A stretch of 64,000 nucleotides of DNA from Callorhinchus milii (taxonomy: Eukaryota), in the NCBI RefSeq assembly GCF_018977255.1, contig NW_024704743.1, positions 107,448,001 through 107,512,000 on the forward strand, in the 5' to 3' direction. The notes beneath the pieces are model-generated. The model worked only from the letters and a program-made list of their open reading frames with translations. It was not told the DNA's origin and ran no database searches. Positions 49,501 to 63,819 of this stretch are shown piece after piece; positions within the stretch are counted from its first letter, which is position 1; every line of letters starts with the position of its first letter. A program made the translations under genes and the position numbers.

Positions 49501-50672
49501 CTCTCCTTCGGAATGAATTGGATCATTAAAACACAAACAAGACTCCATTTTTGGTACTCGACCAATTTCTCTACCACCCAAAGCCCTAACATGTAGGAAT
49601 GTTCCAGGTAAGAAGGTATTATGAAACTTGCCACTTATGGTGCTAAATTCCACAGTTACTACTGTATTACCTAGTCTAAAACTTCCCTTCTCCTATTTTC
49701 AAAGGTGAAACTGATGCGGAGGACAAGAGTGCTTAACGCTCCAATACTTGTGAAGGACCCACTTGGTGCACCCACCAGCCTAACAAGCTTACGTATTTGG
49801 ATGTAAAGGAGTTTAGGTGATAAAAGGAAAGCATAGAGGAGGCTGCAAAGGAACCTAGGAATACAGGTTGTAAACCTTTAGGGTTACTGCTCGCCGTAAG
49901 GGTTAAGCGGAGGCCAAACAGTCATCCTGCTTTGAAGACATGATACAGTGCATAAGCTGTGTGGCACAGCCATTTTCAATGTTCCGTGAAGTTATGGATG
50001 CTTGTCTGAAAGGTTGAAGGAGCCTGAAGCCCAATTTGGCATTCTAATAGGTCAATCAGTGAAATCTGTGGATACCTAGTTGACTGCATATGCAACATAT
50101 TCAAGGACATTCCTACTCCTGTTGTGGACTCATCACTTGGAGACTCAGTAATAACAACAGTAACAACAAATTGCATTTATATAGCACCTTTCACATGGGG
50201 AGGATGTTCCAAGGCACTGTGAAGACCAACTTTGACTCCGTAGAGTAAGTGTTTGCAGTAATTCATTATGAAGGGTTTCAGACACTTTGGGCAGCGACAA
50301 TATTCTGTACTTACACTGAAGACTAGACAGTTTGATGACATAATCTCCGCCAATACCATTAATGTAATGTTGGAGAGGCTTTGACTAGATGCCTTACTCT
50401 ATAGGGCATCCGTAAGCTTCTGGATGAAGCATGATATCCCAAATTGGCTCCCTCCCTAGTGGGTGCCTCGAGTAAACCAGAGGCTAAGAAATTGATAGCT
50501 GCTGTCAGTTTCACAGCCAGCCACAGAACTGTATGAACATTGGCCTACAGCTGAGTCAGACTCCAAAGTTCAGTAACCGCCTCTCGCACCAGCCGAAGGC
50601 CATATTGCACATTGCTCCTGACTCAGGTCAGGTAAAGGATTCTGGAGCCGCCAGAAATAAGCCTCCCGTGGA

Positions 50673-51347
50673 GCTGTCTGTCCTCGTCTCTATGTCTGCC
50701 TGTCTCTCTGACTCTGCATCTGTGTCCTTCTCTGTATGTGTCTCTGTATATGCGTCTCTTTGTCCACCTGTCTTTCTGCCTCTGCATCTCTATCTGTGCC
50801 TTTGCATCTTTGCTTTGTGTTTGACTTTCTCTGTTTATCTCTGTCTCTACATCTGTCTCTGTCTCTACGTCTGTCTCTGTGTCTATCTTTCTGTCTCTGT
50901 GTATGTCTCTCTGTCTGTCTCTGTGTCTGTCTCTCTGTCTCTGGACAAAACACAAAATACTGCAGATGCTGGAAATCTGAAACCAAAACAGAGCGAGCTG
51001 GGAAAACTCAGCAGGTCAGGCAGCATCTATGGAGAAAGGAAAGTGAGTTAACGTTTCAGGTCCACAACCCTTGTTCTGACGAAGGATCATGGACCCGAAA
51101 CGTTGACTCACTTTCCTTTCTCCACAGATGCTGCTTGACCTGCTGAGTTTTCCCAGCTCACTCTGTTTTTGTTTCTCTGTCTCTGTGTCTGTTTCTGTCT
51201 CTCTGTTTCTCTGTCTGTCTCTGTGTCTGTCTCTGTGTCTGTTTCTGTTCTCTATTTCTGTGTCTGTCTCTGTGGCTGTCTCTCTGTGTCTCTGTGTCTG
51301 TCTCCATCTGTCTCTGTCTGTGTCGCTGTCTGTCACTGTGACTCTGT
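50673..51347. repeat. Degenerate (TCTGTC/TCTCTG/TCTGTG)n simple repeat, interrupted at 50945-51175
   Basis: Hexamer periodicity is visible and explains the low-complexity SVSV/RDRD ORFs. Confidence 0.95.
50945..51175. mobile_element. Palindromic Penelope-like terminal-repeat remnant with hammerhead-like core
   Basis: Arms 50979-51064 and 51090-51175 (86 bp, 6 mismatches); CTGACGA..GAAACGTT at 51076-51104. The family assignment is from recall of shark repeats and Penelope terminal repeats. Confidence 0.7.
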
Positions 51348-54300
51348 CACCCCACCATGATTACAAACTCTGAAATTAACAGTATATCACCCCTACAATT
51401 TTTAGAGCTATGCATTTGATTTTATGACCAAAACCCTTCAAGACAATGTACCAAATGATTAGATTACTCATATCTGACATTAAGACAAAAACATGATGTC
51501 AAAAAATCATTAACAAATTACAGTCTCCCAAAGTGTTCATTTCTCCTGTCATACCACAGCATGTTCAACATTTATTAATAGCCGTAGCAAGAACCCAATA
51601 AAAGAATAGTTTGACAATGTAAAGCTAATGATAACTAAAATTGATTATACTTCAGCTGTTTCTCCAAAGTATCAAAAATTCATAATATTGCAATTCCAGT
51701 CATTGTATACTGGTAGGTGTTGCAATACAGCTAAGATTTTGTGCTTCAGTTGATTTTGATTCTGTGCTAAATACAGATCATACCAAACACTCAAACAAAA
51801 TAACAATATTGATCAGCAGTGCTCTTTAGAAATACAGAATAATCTTACAACCAGTAGGATACAGGAACAACAAAAAATTACATTTGTATAGCACCTTTTA
51901 TGTTGGGAGGATTTAATACAGTATTTAGTAAATATACTGATTTAAAAGATAGAAAGCTAAAATATTTCCAAGAACATTGAAATCTACAGGACATCTTAAA
52001 AGTACTTAACTTGCTTCTCCAGTGTATTATTGTACTCAAGTTCACTGTGCGTTAGTTCAGACATATATTTTGACATAGTTACATACATTCTAATGAAATA
52101 TTTTATGCTTGCAAGCTTTTGCAGTTCTTTGACGGGAAAAATAGGCTTTGAAAGTATTGTGTCATCAAAGCAAGTATAACAGTACTTTGGAAAGAATTAC
52201 AAGTAAAATAGTGTCAACAAAGCAAATAGCAAGTCAATTTCATTATTACTTAACAATTTCCAAGATTTTACACAGGTGTTAACTAACAATTTTGTGCCTT
52301 AATATACTTTGCCAGTGAGCAGAATAGGATTATTATTTCTTTTTTGGTAAATGTATTCCCTTTTGACAGTGAGCGCACATTATTCTACACTAAATTTACA
52401 GACAAGCTGAGAATAATGAGCATTTGCCGTCAAAGGTCAGCAAATTTATCAAAACAGGGAGAATAACTCCAAACATATCTGCAAAATGTGAAAGCGGAGA
52501 ATAGCCTATAAGAGACCTCAAAACCATTTTAAATCTTTAAAACAAGTTCAGGTTTCAGTCAATGACCTTGCACTATAAAGCAAATGAATAGAACATTGTC
52601 CTCAGAGTGCAGAGTCTCAATAACTGGACATTTTCTGGATCTGTGAGTTTTTACAATGAAGTATCAAGACCAATCTGTGTGCATAATGCTCCAGTGAATG
52701 CCAGGAATGGATTTAAAATTGATGCCTTTCAATGTCGATCACATCATCAGTAGAATAACGTTCCATAAATGATAGTTAACAAGTTTTATAAAACAAATAC
52801 TAATGTCAAATGACAAAGTGAATCACACAGGAACTTATTTATGTGCGTCATAAACACATTTCATAATCAACGAGTGTATATTGACTCATTTGGGACCTTA
52901 TTGGATGTCAGGTTATTCAAGTAAACTGATGAAGCTCAAACTATTGGACTTCTTTTTCAATTCTGTTTCATTTTTATATTTCTGATGTATTCAAATATTA
53001 GCAATGCAGTACAGTGTGAGCGAAGAAATTTTAATTAACCAAAACAGGCACAACATACTGTATTTCTGGCCATGAAATGGACGCATATCAAAGATACACA
53101 GATAAAGGGCTTCCATTATCTGAATCACCAAATAGCTCAATTATATGAGTGATTTTTGTACTGAAGGGGAAGGGTTGCAAACTGTACCACATGAAATGTT
53201 GATGGATAGTGAGTTATTGAGCAAGAGTATTTGAAACTATTTATCTGGATTATGTTTTAATGTCAAAGAATTGAGAGATTCTTGTTAGAAACCTACACTT
53301 TCTTCTATTAGACCTGAGTTAAGGTTAAACAAATAGGTTAAACAATTCCTCTCTTTAAATGATGCTGAGAAGGACAGGTAAATTGGCTTACTTGAACAGT
53401 GTCTCGATATTGCTTGGCAGGATCAATCAAATCTCTAGTGGTCATATGTCCATAGAGCAATAAATTCCCATTCATTTAACACCAATTGGTGTTAATTTGT
53501 TTGTCTCACTCTCAGGAGTCATAGAAATAGACTCAGTGTAGAGGGCAAATGTCAAACAGCTGCTGGAAAGTGCTCTTCCAAGGTTCAAGTGCTCTATCAG
53601 AGCACCACAGATGAGTTTTTTACATCCATCCACCTGGGAGCCCTTGTAAAGTGGACATGTTCCATCCTTGAATCTGTCATAAATCATTTAAACCCAACAT
53701 GCCTGTATACATGAAAAAAGTCAATTGATCAAGAATGGAACTAAACAGTTAAACTACATAGGGCAGCAACGAACTGGAATAATGATAGAGAAATGTGAAA
53801 TGTCATTCCTTATGGACATTCTATCAGATTTCTATGTTTGGACAGTTTGTTAATAATACAAAATATATTAAAGGGGTGTGAAATTGAGAAAATGATTAAT
53901 AGTGACATGCTACAGGAATAGGGACCAACATGCAAAAACGCAGCTGGACTGTGAATGATACAAACAGAACAAGCACCAGGAAAATCAAAAGACATAATGA
54001 GCAGAATCAAAGGGCTAAAATGTTAAAAGGAAACAAGATACTATCTAGGTCATTTTGTCCCATTCACAAAGATGTCGAGAGCTGACATTTCCTTCAACAA
54101 GAGGAAACAGGGCATATTGGAATTTTATTATTTTTACACACCATTCGGAATTTATTATTTTTAACCACGTCAATGACTTCAATAGCAGGTCTCAAATGAA
54201 CTGATCTTGCTGTTTCTGGAGTAGTTAAATTGGTGACCCAGATGAAAATAGTAGCTCGCAGCCTTTCATGCTTTGTAGAATATCAAAATTGCATTTAGGT

Positions 54301-55204
54301 TGGAATCATTGTACTGTACCAAATTACATAACAAGTAGAATGAATATGATCATTTATTTGTATCAACAAGTTGATTTCAATACGTTTAATGGAATTATGA
54401 ACATGATTGGATTCAGCTCTTGTCAGTTGTGAAACAGTTAAAAGCGTTTTGCTTCATTCTTTCACGCTTTGCATTTTGTTAAAGATAAGACTCCAGCTTA
54501 ATATTTTTATGCGGATTCAAGATATTACGGTTTACAACAAAAAAATCACCCATGTTAACTGAAGTGTGGGTACCGCATCATAAATTGTTGAGCTTGTGAT
54601 ATGTTTGAATCGTTTCAGAGATAGTATTTGTTAGGTTCGGCTATGTGAAGAAAGACTAGAAAATATCTGTATATTTTCTGGGTGTGTGAGTTAGCTTTTT
54701 AAAATTCACAGCATGTCTTGTAAGCTTGTGCATTATGCAGTAGACTGCATACCTACCTGTATGTCTGTCTGCATATATTTTGATAGTCATTCTTTCCTTG
54801 CACGTGTAAGAGGAAGATGACAGGCTAGCTGCAGTCCAAGTGATCATATTCAATACATCGGGTGGTTTAGCAGGAGCACTACTGACTAATCATATATTTC
54901 CTACCTCTTCCTACCTCTGGGGTAAAGTGTAAATGTATTGAGGGAAATGCTTGTCTCCACACAGTAACGCACCATGCAGACAGCCTGAGATTCATCCATC
55001 TAGATAACAGATATTTTTCCATCAGTGCTAAGGGACAGAAGTGGAATATTTGAACAGTATGCAACTGAAATGTGTTTACCTATTTGGACACAAAATAATG
55101 CCCATTTTCAATGAAATGAAAAAAAACACCCTGTGCCTTGAGCAGTTGAGTGGTTTAAGGAAATATTTTATGTAGATTGTTGTATCATTTTCAACTCTAG
55201 GTTC

Positions 55205-55382
55205 CTGCTGTGATTCAAAACTTAAAACTATTGACTTAAAATTTATGATCTGCAGAATTGTTTTTTGAAAAATGGTTTCCAAATTGAGACTGAATTTAAC
55301 AATCTTCCAAAATTCTGCACAATCTTAAATTTTAAAGCAATGGTCTTAAGACTGAGACTATGAGAAATTTTAAACCTCAGGA
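55205..55382. mobile_element. Fold-back/MITE-like element, family A
   Basis: cttaaaactattgacttaaaatttatgatctgcagaatt versus aattctgcacaatcttaaattttaaagcaatggtcttaag (imperfect inverted repeat); shares gtttccaaatt(a/g)agac with the 8925 copy. Confidence 0.65.
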
Positions 55383-56428
55383 TCCCAACATCACCAAAGC
55401 AATCATGTACGTTGCCATATTTGTTCAGCTTAGTCTGTATCAATCCCTTCAACAATGTGATGCAGTGGTTTGTAGACACTTTGTTTCAGGTACCATGAGA
55501 ACAACATACTGATGTGAGAATGAACAACTACAGAAAAATAAACCTTATATGCAATGCTAGAAACAGACAAATGGCTACACAGAGAACTGACCAACTCTGC
55601 ACTATTGCTGTTATTAAAAAAAGTGACAGAATTTTAATTCTACAATAATAAATTACATTTCTTTAGCGCCTTTCAAGTTAGCAGGAGGTCCCAAGCCGCT
55701 GGGACTATAAAAATTCTATAAACACATTTATGTGTATTTTATTACAGCCACCCAAAAAGTAACTTTTGGGAGTAGGCATGTGTATATGTTCATCTCTGGC
55801 TGTGTTTATGTACATATGTATGATATGCACTTGTACTTGTGTGTCTGTTGATGTGTGTAGGGTGGAGATTTTCATTGCCCCTGATAAAATTTGTATTTGC
55901 TTCAAATTTGGAGACAGTGAACATTGAGGACTCTGAGCTGGTCTGATTTATCAGGTGCCAAATCATCAGTGCAACAAATGCCTGTTCAAATACTGGCCAC
56001 CAATGGGACTAAGACTGACAGCCCAGTAATGACTTTCAGTCTTTATCTACCACTTGTACAACTCAACCTCTGCACTGTGTTACAGTGTGAGCTTCTCACA
56101 TTGAGCGCTCATCCTCAATTCAAAATAACCAAAAAAGCAGTTCTCTGTTCCTAGTGCGGTCAGTATTTTGGTTTTGCAATACAATTAAATGGTTTTCCTT
56201 TATAAAAATATTCATTTATTGTTTTGTTTTGCCCACAAAATACACAGTCAATCCACTTTACAGTATATTCTGTGAAGTGCTTTAATATAGCACCTTATCA
56301 CATCTCAACGACATGATAAGGTGCTATACCAAAACCAGGGATTATTATTATTAGCACAATCCTCCTGCTAATGCTAATTTTGTTATTGCTTCTCCAAATC
56401 TTCCTTTTGTTCCCCCGAGGTTCAAAAT

Positions 56429-57207
56429 ACAACAACAAAATTACATTTGTAAAACGCCTTTCACATTGGGAGGACATCCCAAGGGGCTGGAGAGACAGAG
56501 TTTCAGACCCAAGCTGGGGGTCGGGGTCGGGGAGGGTGGAGGGCCAAGGGGCAGGCAGGGAGATCAAAAGCACTGTCTAAGAGGAGGGTCTTGAAATGGG
56601 CCTTGAAGGATGCAAGGGAGGGGGCGAGGTGGAAGAACTGCGGGATGGAGTTCCAGAAGGAGGGGCAGAGTGGCAGAAGGCCCGCCCCCCAATAGTGGGA
56701 CGAGCAAGGCGGGGGACATGAAGCAGGCCAGAGCCCACTGAGCAGAGGGAGCAAGCAGGATGGTAGGGAGTTAGGAGGTCGCAGACGTAGCGGGGAGCAA
56801 GACCATGAAGGGCTTTGAAGGTGAGGACCAGGATCTTGAACTGTATCCTCTGTGTGATGGGAAGCCAGTGGAGTCGGGCAAGGATGGGGGTGATAGGGTC
56901 ATGGAGCCTTTTGCGGAAGAGGATACGGGCTGCAGAGTTCTGGATGATCTGCAGCCTCTGGAGGGAGGAGTTGGGGAGGCAGACAAGCAATGTGTTTGCA
57001 TAGTCGAGCTTCGATGTAATCAATGCGTGTATGAGGGTTTCGGCGGCCTGCAGTGTGAGACAGTGACAGAGCCGGGCGATGTTGCGGAGGTGGGAGAAGG
57101 CAGAGTGGGTAATGGCACAGATGTGGGGTAGAGAGGATAGTTGAGGGTCAAACAAAACACCAAAGTCACGGACTGGCTTAGCAGGGTGCAGTGTGCATCC
57201 ATGGATG
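56429..57207 (-). mobile_element. L2 LINE 3' fragment
   Basis: ORF 56577..57155 ([54 protein letters not shown]); tail at 56429. Confidence 0.95.
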
Positions 57208-57654
57208 AAAATAGGTTACTCTTTCTCCTTTCTGCACTGTGTTACATAGAATTATATTACGTAGAAATGACAGCACTGAAACAGGTCATTTAGCTCAAGT
57301 AGTCCCTGCTCATGTTTATATTCCACATGAGCCTCCACCCATCCTCAGTTATCCCTGCCTCGCCTCCCACCATACCTCTCCATTCCCTTCTCCCTCTTGT
57401 ATGTATGTTGAAATCAGAATTTGGCAGGCCTTTTATCAATATAATTCTTTACCGGCCTGTGTTTTCCCTTCCTCAAAGAATCTACAGCATTGCAAATCCC
57501 AAGAATAGCATCAGTCAATCACTCATGTTTTACGTTGTTTCTCTGTCACTCTTTTCAAGCTCAGGTCCTGCACTGCACACCTCACTCCCTTCACCTGGGC
57601 ACTTAAGTTAAAAAGGGACAAATGATCAGCTCCTAGAATTATAGTAACTTGTTA

Positions 57655-57914
57655 TATGCCATATGGTTGGCTTGTAAAATTGTTTGATCTTTAAGATCCA
57701 AATTCTCCCAGGCAAAATGATTAACTTCGAAACAACTCTGTACATGTAGGGAGACACGAACCATATGTTTGGCGCACCTGACTTGCTTGAACATGCGTGA
57801 GTGGAACAATGCCATCCAAAAAAATATATAAAGCTTCGGTAATTTTGCCCAAAACATAACTCCCTGAACTGTAGCAAGAAGTACAGACATGTTTAAATGA
57901 CCAGCATATGGCAT
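57655..57914. mobile_element. Possible degenerate fold-back/MITE element
   Basis: Nested inverted matches atgccatatg / catatggcat and ggcaaaat / attttgcc. Confidence 0.4.
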
Positions 57915-60900
57915 CTTGCTAAATTAAAGTAATTGGGAGTTTCAAATAATGCATGCTTTAGCTTCTGCTCTTTCCTGCTTTGGAAATGATTGCAAACCCC
58001 TTCAGTGTTGTTGAAACTTGAAACAAACAGAATGAATGAAATGCACATGAATAGCTGTTAAACCAATGTGTGTTCTTTGAATATCCCCCTTTACAAAATG
58101 CAATCTGTTTTACTTTGTCATAGAAATAGCAATAGACATTCTTCACAAGGCTATTGCTGTGTGTGGTGCAGTTTGGCATCAATATGGAAATCTGCGAATA
58201 AGAGCAGCTTTTGAATGTGTGTTGATTAACGTACTAATGGTCTCCTTGTTTGGATAACAGTTTCCACTGGATCAAGACCAGTTTTTAACTGCAGAAGAAC
58301 TACTGATCAAGTGCTGAGCTAATCCTCCAATGTAATGTACGCTGTGCACGTATCACCACAAACCTAACAACTACTGTTCCAACAGTAAACATTCGGTGGG
58401 TTGCACAAGAGTTCAACCTAGATTGGTGTCACAATTAATTAGCGTTTCTATGTTGTGGCCGAAATATTCCCCACCTCTGCGCTGCCATTTAGCATACATC
58501 TGATGATAACGATAGCTTCACATTTGTATATGACTTACTTTTTTTAAAAAAAGCAAAGCGAACCCTCTCTCAATTTGCTTCCAACTAGTTCCCACCGGGC
58601 AGATAATACAATAGTTTGATCATCATGCCCTTTGTCCAAACAGCATTGGCAGGTGCTCTCGTCTCCCAGGCTGTCAACATAAAGCCAAGAGTACTTTGGA
58701 AAGCAACCTTCTGCAATATTTCTTGGCACAACGCTGTGCAATCTGTTTTGTTCAGTCAAAAACGTTGGTTAAAAAAATAAATCGTGCAAAGAAAGAATCT
58801 TTCAATGTGAAGTGGAAAAAAAGTGGAACGAGAGAAGTGAAAATGGAATCTCTTGAATGAAAATCGAAACATATGTCAATAATAGTACTGTTCTGTATCA
58901 CAACCAATGCATCGATTCTCGTGGGATTCTCACCAGTAGCCCAAATAGCAACCAAGCAACAGTGATAATGCACCCACAGGAAATGAGCAGAATGAAGCAG
59001 TCTTAAACAAAAACAGCATACTAGTTAATTCAACAAACCGTTTTACAAGGCATTTTACTATGTTTAATATAAAAGACCATAACTATTTCATAAAATCTTA
59101 CCCCCATTTTATTTTGGTGTAACAGGGCAGAAGGAGGAGGGTAAAATATTGCTAAAATCATGTGTTCCTTTGCAGCACAACTTTTCCGTGTCCCAACCCT
59201 GTGTTCCTACCAGATCTTCCCTGGACATTTTAGAATCTTTCCTGTAATTTAATCGTGATGAGAGAATTGGCAGCTTTCTTTTTAAACCACAGTATTCGAA
59301 ATACTGTCATTCTGAAATCACCATAACATCAAAGCTTTTATTTCAAGCACCAGGTCAAACACGCTTGTAAATACTTAAGAGCAAAATAAAATTAATTATA
59401 TTGATTTTATGAAAGACAACATCCTCAATACGGACACTCAATACAAATGGGGAAGAAGGAAGATTCTGACACAAGATCCCCCTCCAAAAACAAGTCTTTG
59501 TAGAAGTTTTTCTTGAATGTTAAGTATTTCTTCCTCTATACTTTGATGTTTATTTGTGATTTTCTTTTATATGGGGAAAAATATACATTCCTCAAGAATA
59601 AATGTTGGGCATCATTAAAAGACTACTTTCGCAGATCCCTGTTTTTTTAAATTGCCCAATTCAGTGGATCCTATCTACCATTAAATTAGGTTCAACTGAT
59701 CAAAGAGAATGAGCTTCTTCATCCATAATGATATAATCATCTCAGCTCCTGCTCAACCACATACAACGCTGTACTAACCTAACATTCTGCTTCTCTTTTG
59801 CCTAAAAATAATTCAGTATTGTTCTCTCTCTGGTTTCAGGAATATGCATTGAGACTGATACTGAAATGCTTGTATGTTGTATGTGTTTTTTTTTATGCAC
59901 ACACACAGTGTACTCCCTCCATGTTTTCTTTTCATCAGACTATGATTTAACAATGTTCAGCTAAATGTTGAAGACAAGTAAACGTGGAGCGAATATGCAA
60001 ATAAAGTTTCTGATGGAAAAAGGACACATGACTGGGCCTGCCTGCATTCTCTTTTCTCTTCCTGCAGGTCTCCAAGAATCGAGCAAAATTATATCTGATA
60101 GCTTACTAACTTCAAATAAAAACACTTACTGTGTTTAAAAACAAAACCTAGTGCCCAAAGTGACCAGTAGTCCATCAGAATGTGGACAGGGTTTAGTTAA
60201 AACAAAAATACCCCCAGTTGTTTCTCTAAGGGATAATAATGTGATTGATTGTGAAGTTTTGTTGCACATTGATATGATGGAAATGGTGTCCTATTGGCCA
60301 AAGTGAGACCATTTCGAACAGTCCATGTTACTGGTCTCTCCTTTGGCCTAGGAAGTGGTGTTAAACCTGTAGCAACATTGTTCAAACAACACTCAGATTG
60401 AAGTGTTCTTTGTGGGAAGGGGTTGGGGGGGGAGTGGGGGGGCAATCTTGTATTAAAGTAGCTCCTTCACCCACAAACGTACAGTATTAGTGAGTACAGT
60501 GAGCTAGCTTGGTGGGTTTGTGCCAGGGCCAAGTAAGAATTCTCATTGTAACCATCATTTAAAACGCTGAATTTGTTGCATAATTGATTGTAAACATCAG
60601 TGCAGAAAAACAAGTTGACTGCTGCAAGCCCTTCTGCACCAGCTTGGGAATGTCCGTGACTGTCTTTGGTCACTCTCAAAAGGAGAGATTTGAAACGTTA
60701 TAAACATTCTCTGTGGCTTAAATATATGTTGGGAGCTATTGCATTTTAAATTTCTGTAGACTTTGTATTACAAGTCATATTTCTGCTACAGTGAGTTGCT
60801 TAAAAATACATCTGGAATGCAATGATAACAGAAATATCAGACCTTTTCACAAATATTGTGGAATATGAATGAAATCCCTAGAGTAATCAACTTTTTAAAA

Positions 60901-61230
60901 AATCAGGAACATAACATCAGAGCCTGCAAGAGAAATGTATGGTAAAATAAAGGTTTTCAATGCATCATTTGTAAAATGTGCTTATTTTGCCCTCTACAGG
61001 AACAATGTGCTACTGCATTTTATTCAACTTTAAACCCCTGGCCTCTTTGCTCCCCCCACCCACACACATACACAATGTTTGCCAAAACAATTGCCTTAAT
61101 TTTCTCGATCCATTGTATACATCAAAACAGTCAGGAAATAAAACTTAGGAATGCATATTAAATGATTAATAGTGATGAACTCCAGAAACAAATACAAAAT
61201 CAATGTTTAAATGTTTGTTGAAAAATTAAA

Positions 61231-61435
61231 GCAATAAAATGCTGGATATCAGAAATGCTGTAAAACTAGAAAATGCTGGAAATTCACCTCAGGTCAATCA
61301 GCATTTGAAAAAGAGAAAAATTAATATTTTGGTTAGGATCCTTCATCATATCGGATAAAGGAAGACATCTGAAATGCAAACATATCTTTCTCTTGCAGAT
61401 TCTGCTGACCATCTATGCAATTCCAGCATTTTTTT
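61231..61435. mobile_element. Old degenerate copy of the Penelope-like palindromic element
   Basis: aaaatgctggaa..caggtcaatcagcatttg..agagaaa / tttctct.gcagattctgctgacc..ttccagcatttt; same layout as 50945-51175. Confidence 0.6.
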
Positions 61436-61911
61436 AATTTTAATTTAACTATTTGTATTATAGTTATTTTTGCACAGTTCAAACTCCACGCACTCTGAGA
61501 TGCTACCCTGCATGAGGGGCACTATATATCTAAATGCAAGTTGTTGTTCCATATTGTTTTTGTCTGGTGTTTTATTTATAATGATGTTGCTTCTAAATTC
61601 TGAAACTGCAGAAAATGAATGTTTCTGGCTGAAGTCTGTTGGCTGAGCTATGTATGTAGTTGTTTTCAATCATTTCCATGATTCCTTAGTTTCTAATTTT
61701 GGTCAAGTGTAGTGACTCTTTCGTTCGGCAATCTCTGCAGGGTCCCACATACTTTGCTTATCAATCAATCTGGAAGACTATTGGTCAGCAATTTAATGGG
61801 TTCTTTACCACGCAGCTCACTCAAATAATGCAGTGTTCTTCTGGTACTCCGATGGAGTGTCAACATTGACCATCAGTCCCTGATGCAGACACTTGAACCC
61901 TCCATCTTGGG

Positions 61912-62226
61912 GTGGAGTCCTGTAGCTCAGTGGTTAGAGCACTCGCCTTGCAAGTGAGACACCTGGGTTCAATTCCAGGCAGGGTGAAACCTTGGGCAAG
62001 TTTCCTTACTCCACATACCTAATAATAATCCCTCCAAAACAAAAAACAATAATAAATTGGTCATTTTCAATCCACAACTGTTTGTGGGACATTGCTGTGC
62101 ACAATTGGCTGCCGCATTTCGCCCACAAATATATGGTCAATTCACTTTACAGTTTATTCTGTGAAGAGCTTTGAGACGTCGAGAAGACGTGAAAAGCGCT
62201 ATATCAAATGCAAGGATTATTATTAT
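61912..62226 (+). mobile_element. tRNA-SINE, short subfamily, inserted in an old minus-strand SINE head
   Basis: Full head to (ATT)n tail. The flanks acttgaaccctccatctt | tgaactgagaagtgatagtgctaccaactgagcc rejoin as an old SINE head; ATCTT occurs on both sides. Confidence 0.9.
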
Positions 62227-62880
62227 CTTTGAACTGAGAAGTGATAGTGCTACCAACTGAGCCAAGCATTGCACAATCAATGTATCACATTATTTTTCTG
62301 TAGGTGTCATTTTCAATTAGGCTTGCTAAAGCATAAAATTAGTTTTGGTTGCTTTAGTTTTTGATTACTGTTTTAATGGACAATATCCCCAAATCACAGC
62401 GTCTCCATGATGAAAGAAATATTAATTTTACTATTACTTCTCATCCATAAAAATCCATATTTTCAAATGGTGTTAATTGTATTCAAATGAAAATGACTCC
62501 AGTGTCAGTGTCCTTTGTTAATTTCTTTTGCTCCTACATCTTTAGTCATCACAGTTTAACCTTCTCCTCCCAAATTCTGCACAGCTTTGTGGATCATTGC
62601 CATGCTCAGACAGTAGGGGGCAGCCTTTACAAGGGGCAATATGTGCCCAGGAGCCATTTTCTCACCTACTGTTCCAGTTAGCGACGTCTTGTCACAATCA
62701 CAGCGGGAGAACCACAAGGCAGCCATGACTGGGGCTTGAACCCATGACCTGAGCATTCCAGAGAGTACTTCAACTATTCCAGACACAATCGGCTCGTTCT
62801 TTTAAAATGGCAATCATGCACATGTTTGGATCTTCCAACACCCTGTTGAACAAATGGTGATTGCGTTAATTTTCTTTTGA

Positions 62881-63250
62881 TCAGCCAGATGTCTGATACA
62901 TGTGGAAACCCATCACCGTGCTTAACAGTATCCAAACCAAGCTGAGATTTCCATGCATCCCACCTACGCATGGAAATCCCAGAGATAGATTGTTGGAATG
63001 GAATGCACACTCTCTCCCTGGAGGGACACATCCTGCTTCCCTAATTCCGGAAAGTATTAGGCGCAGGTTGGCAAGATCAAGGCCTGAGGATCCCAGAGTG
63101 TGTGTTGGGGTACTGCTGGAGTCTAACTAGCTGAAACCGCATAGCTTACCGTTGATATTATTGTCCGTCAAGCTTTCCTGCTGCTTGTCCAGCTAGGACC
63201 ACCCTACCCGTTAGGGCTTTGGCTTGCAGGGTTTAACAGGAGCTGATTAA
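62881..63250 (+). repeat. Unclassified interspersed repeat B
   Basis: Collinear with 45892-46460; cut off by an old minus-strand CR1 tail (taagaacatataagaaca) at ~63250. Confidence 0.85.
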
Positions 63251-63819
63251 GATAAGAACATATAAGAACAAAAGAAATACTAGATGAAACAAGACAAAGG
63301 TTCATCTAGTTCTCCTTCCACCTTCCTGGTGGTCGCATGCACACATGTCCTGAACTACCTATGTACTATATCCCATGATGTTATTTCCTAAAAGAAAACT
63401 ATCCAATCTGTGTTTGAAAGAATCAACTCATCCTGGCTCTTGTCAGCCTTGTAGAGTACATCTTACTCTTGGTGTCATCATGATCTAGCGAATGCACTGG
63501 AAAGTCTTTGGTTGAGGGAGAAATACAAGAGTAAATACTAGAATCAGCAATATCTGTGCCTCCCTTTCATTTGCAGGAGCTGGGTAAAGCTTCTTACAAC
63601 TTATTTCTGTGAGAGAAATGTTAAACAGGATGCCAAGCTCCTAGATCAAATGGTCTCTTGGTCAGATTTGAGCTTTCATGTAAGTTTGGGTTACATACCT
63701 GAATTTTTAAGCTAACTCTGGATAACTACAGAGGGTGTGTGGGGTGAATGATAAAGATGTTATTTGCCTAATAATACAAATGAACATCATTGTTATGTGC
63801 TGTCTAACTCAAAGCCAAG

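Noticed and set aside
49380..50150. Possible ancient SINE or structured repeat (ggtccactcagcccttcatc..; gggttactgctcgccgtaagggttaagcgg)
   Set aside because: Looks repeat-derived, but there is no second copy in the window and I cannot assign a family or structure by eye.
50533..51373. Cluster of overlapping ORFs (SVSV, RDRD, CLCL, QRQT)
   Set aside because: Translations of a hexamer simple repeat that lacks stop codons.
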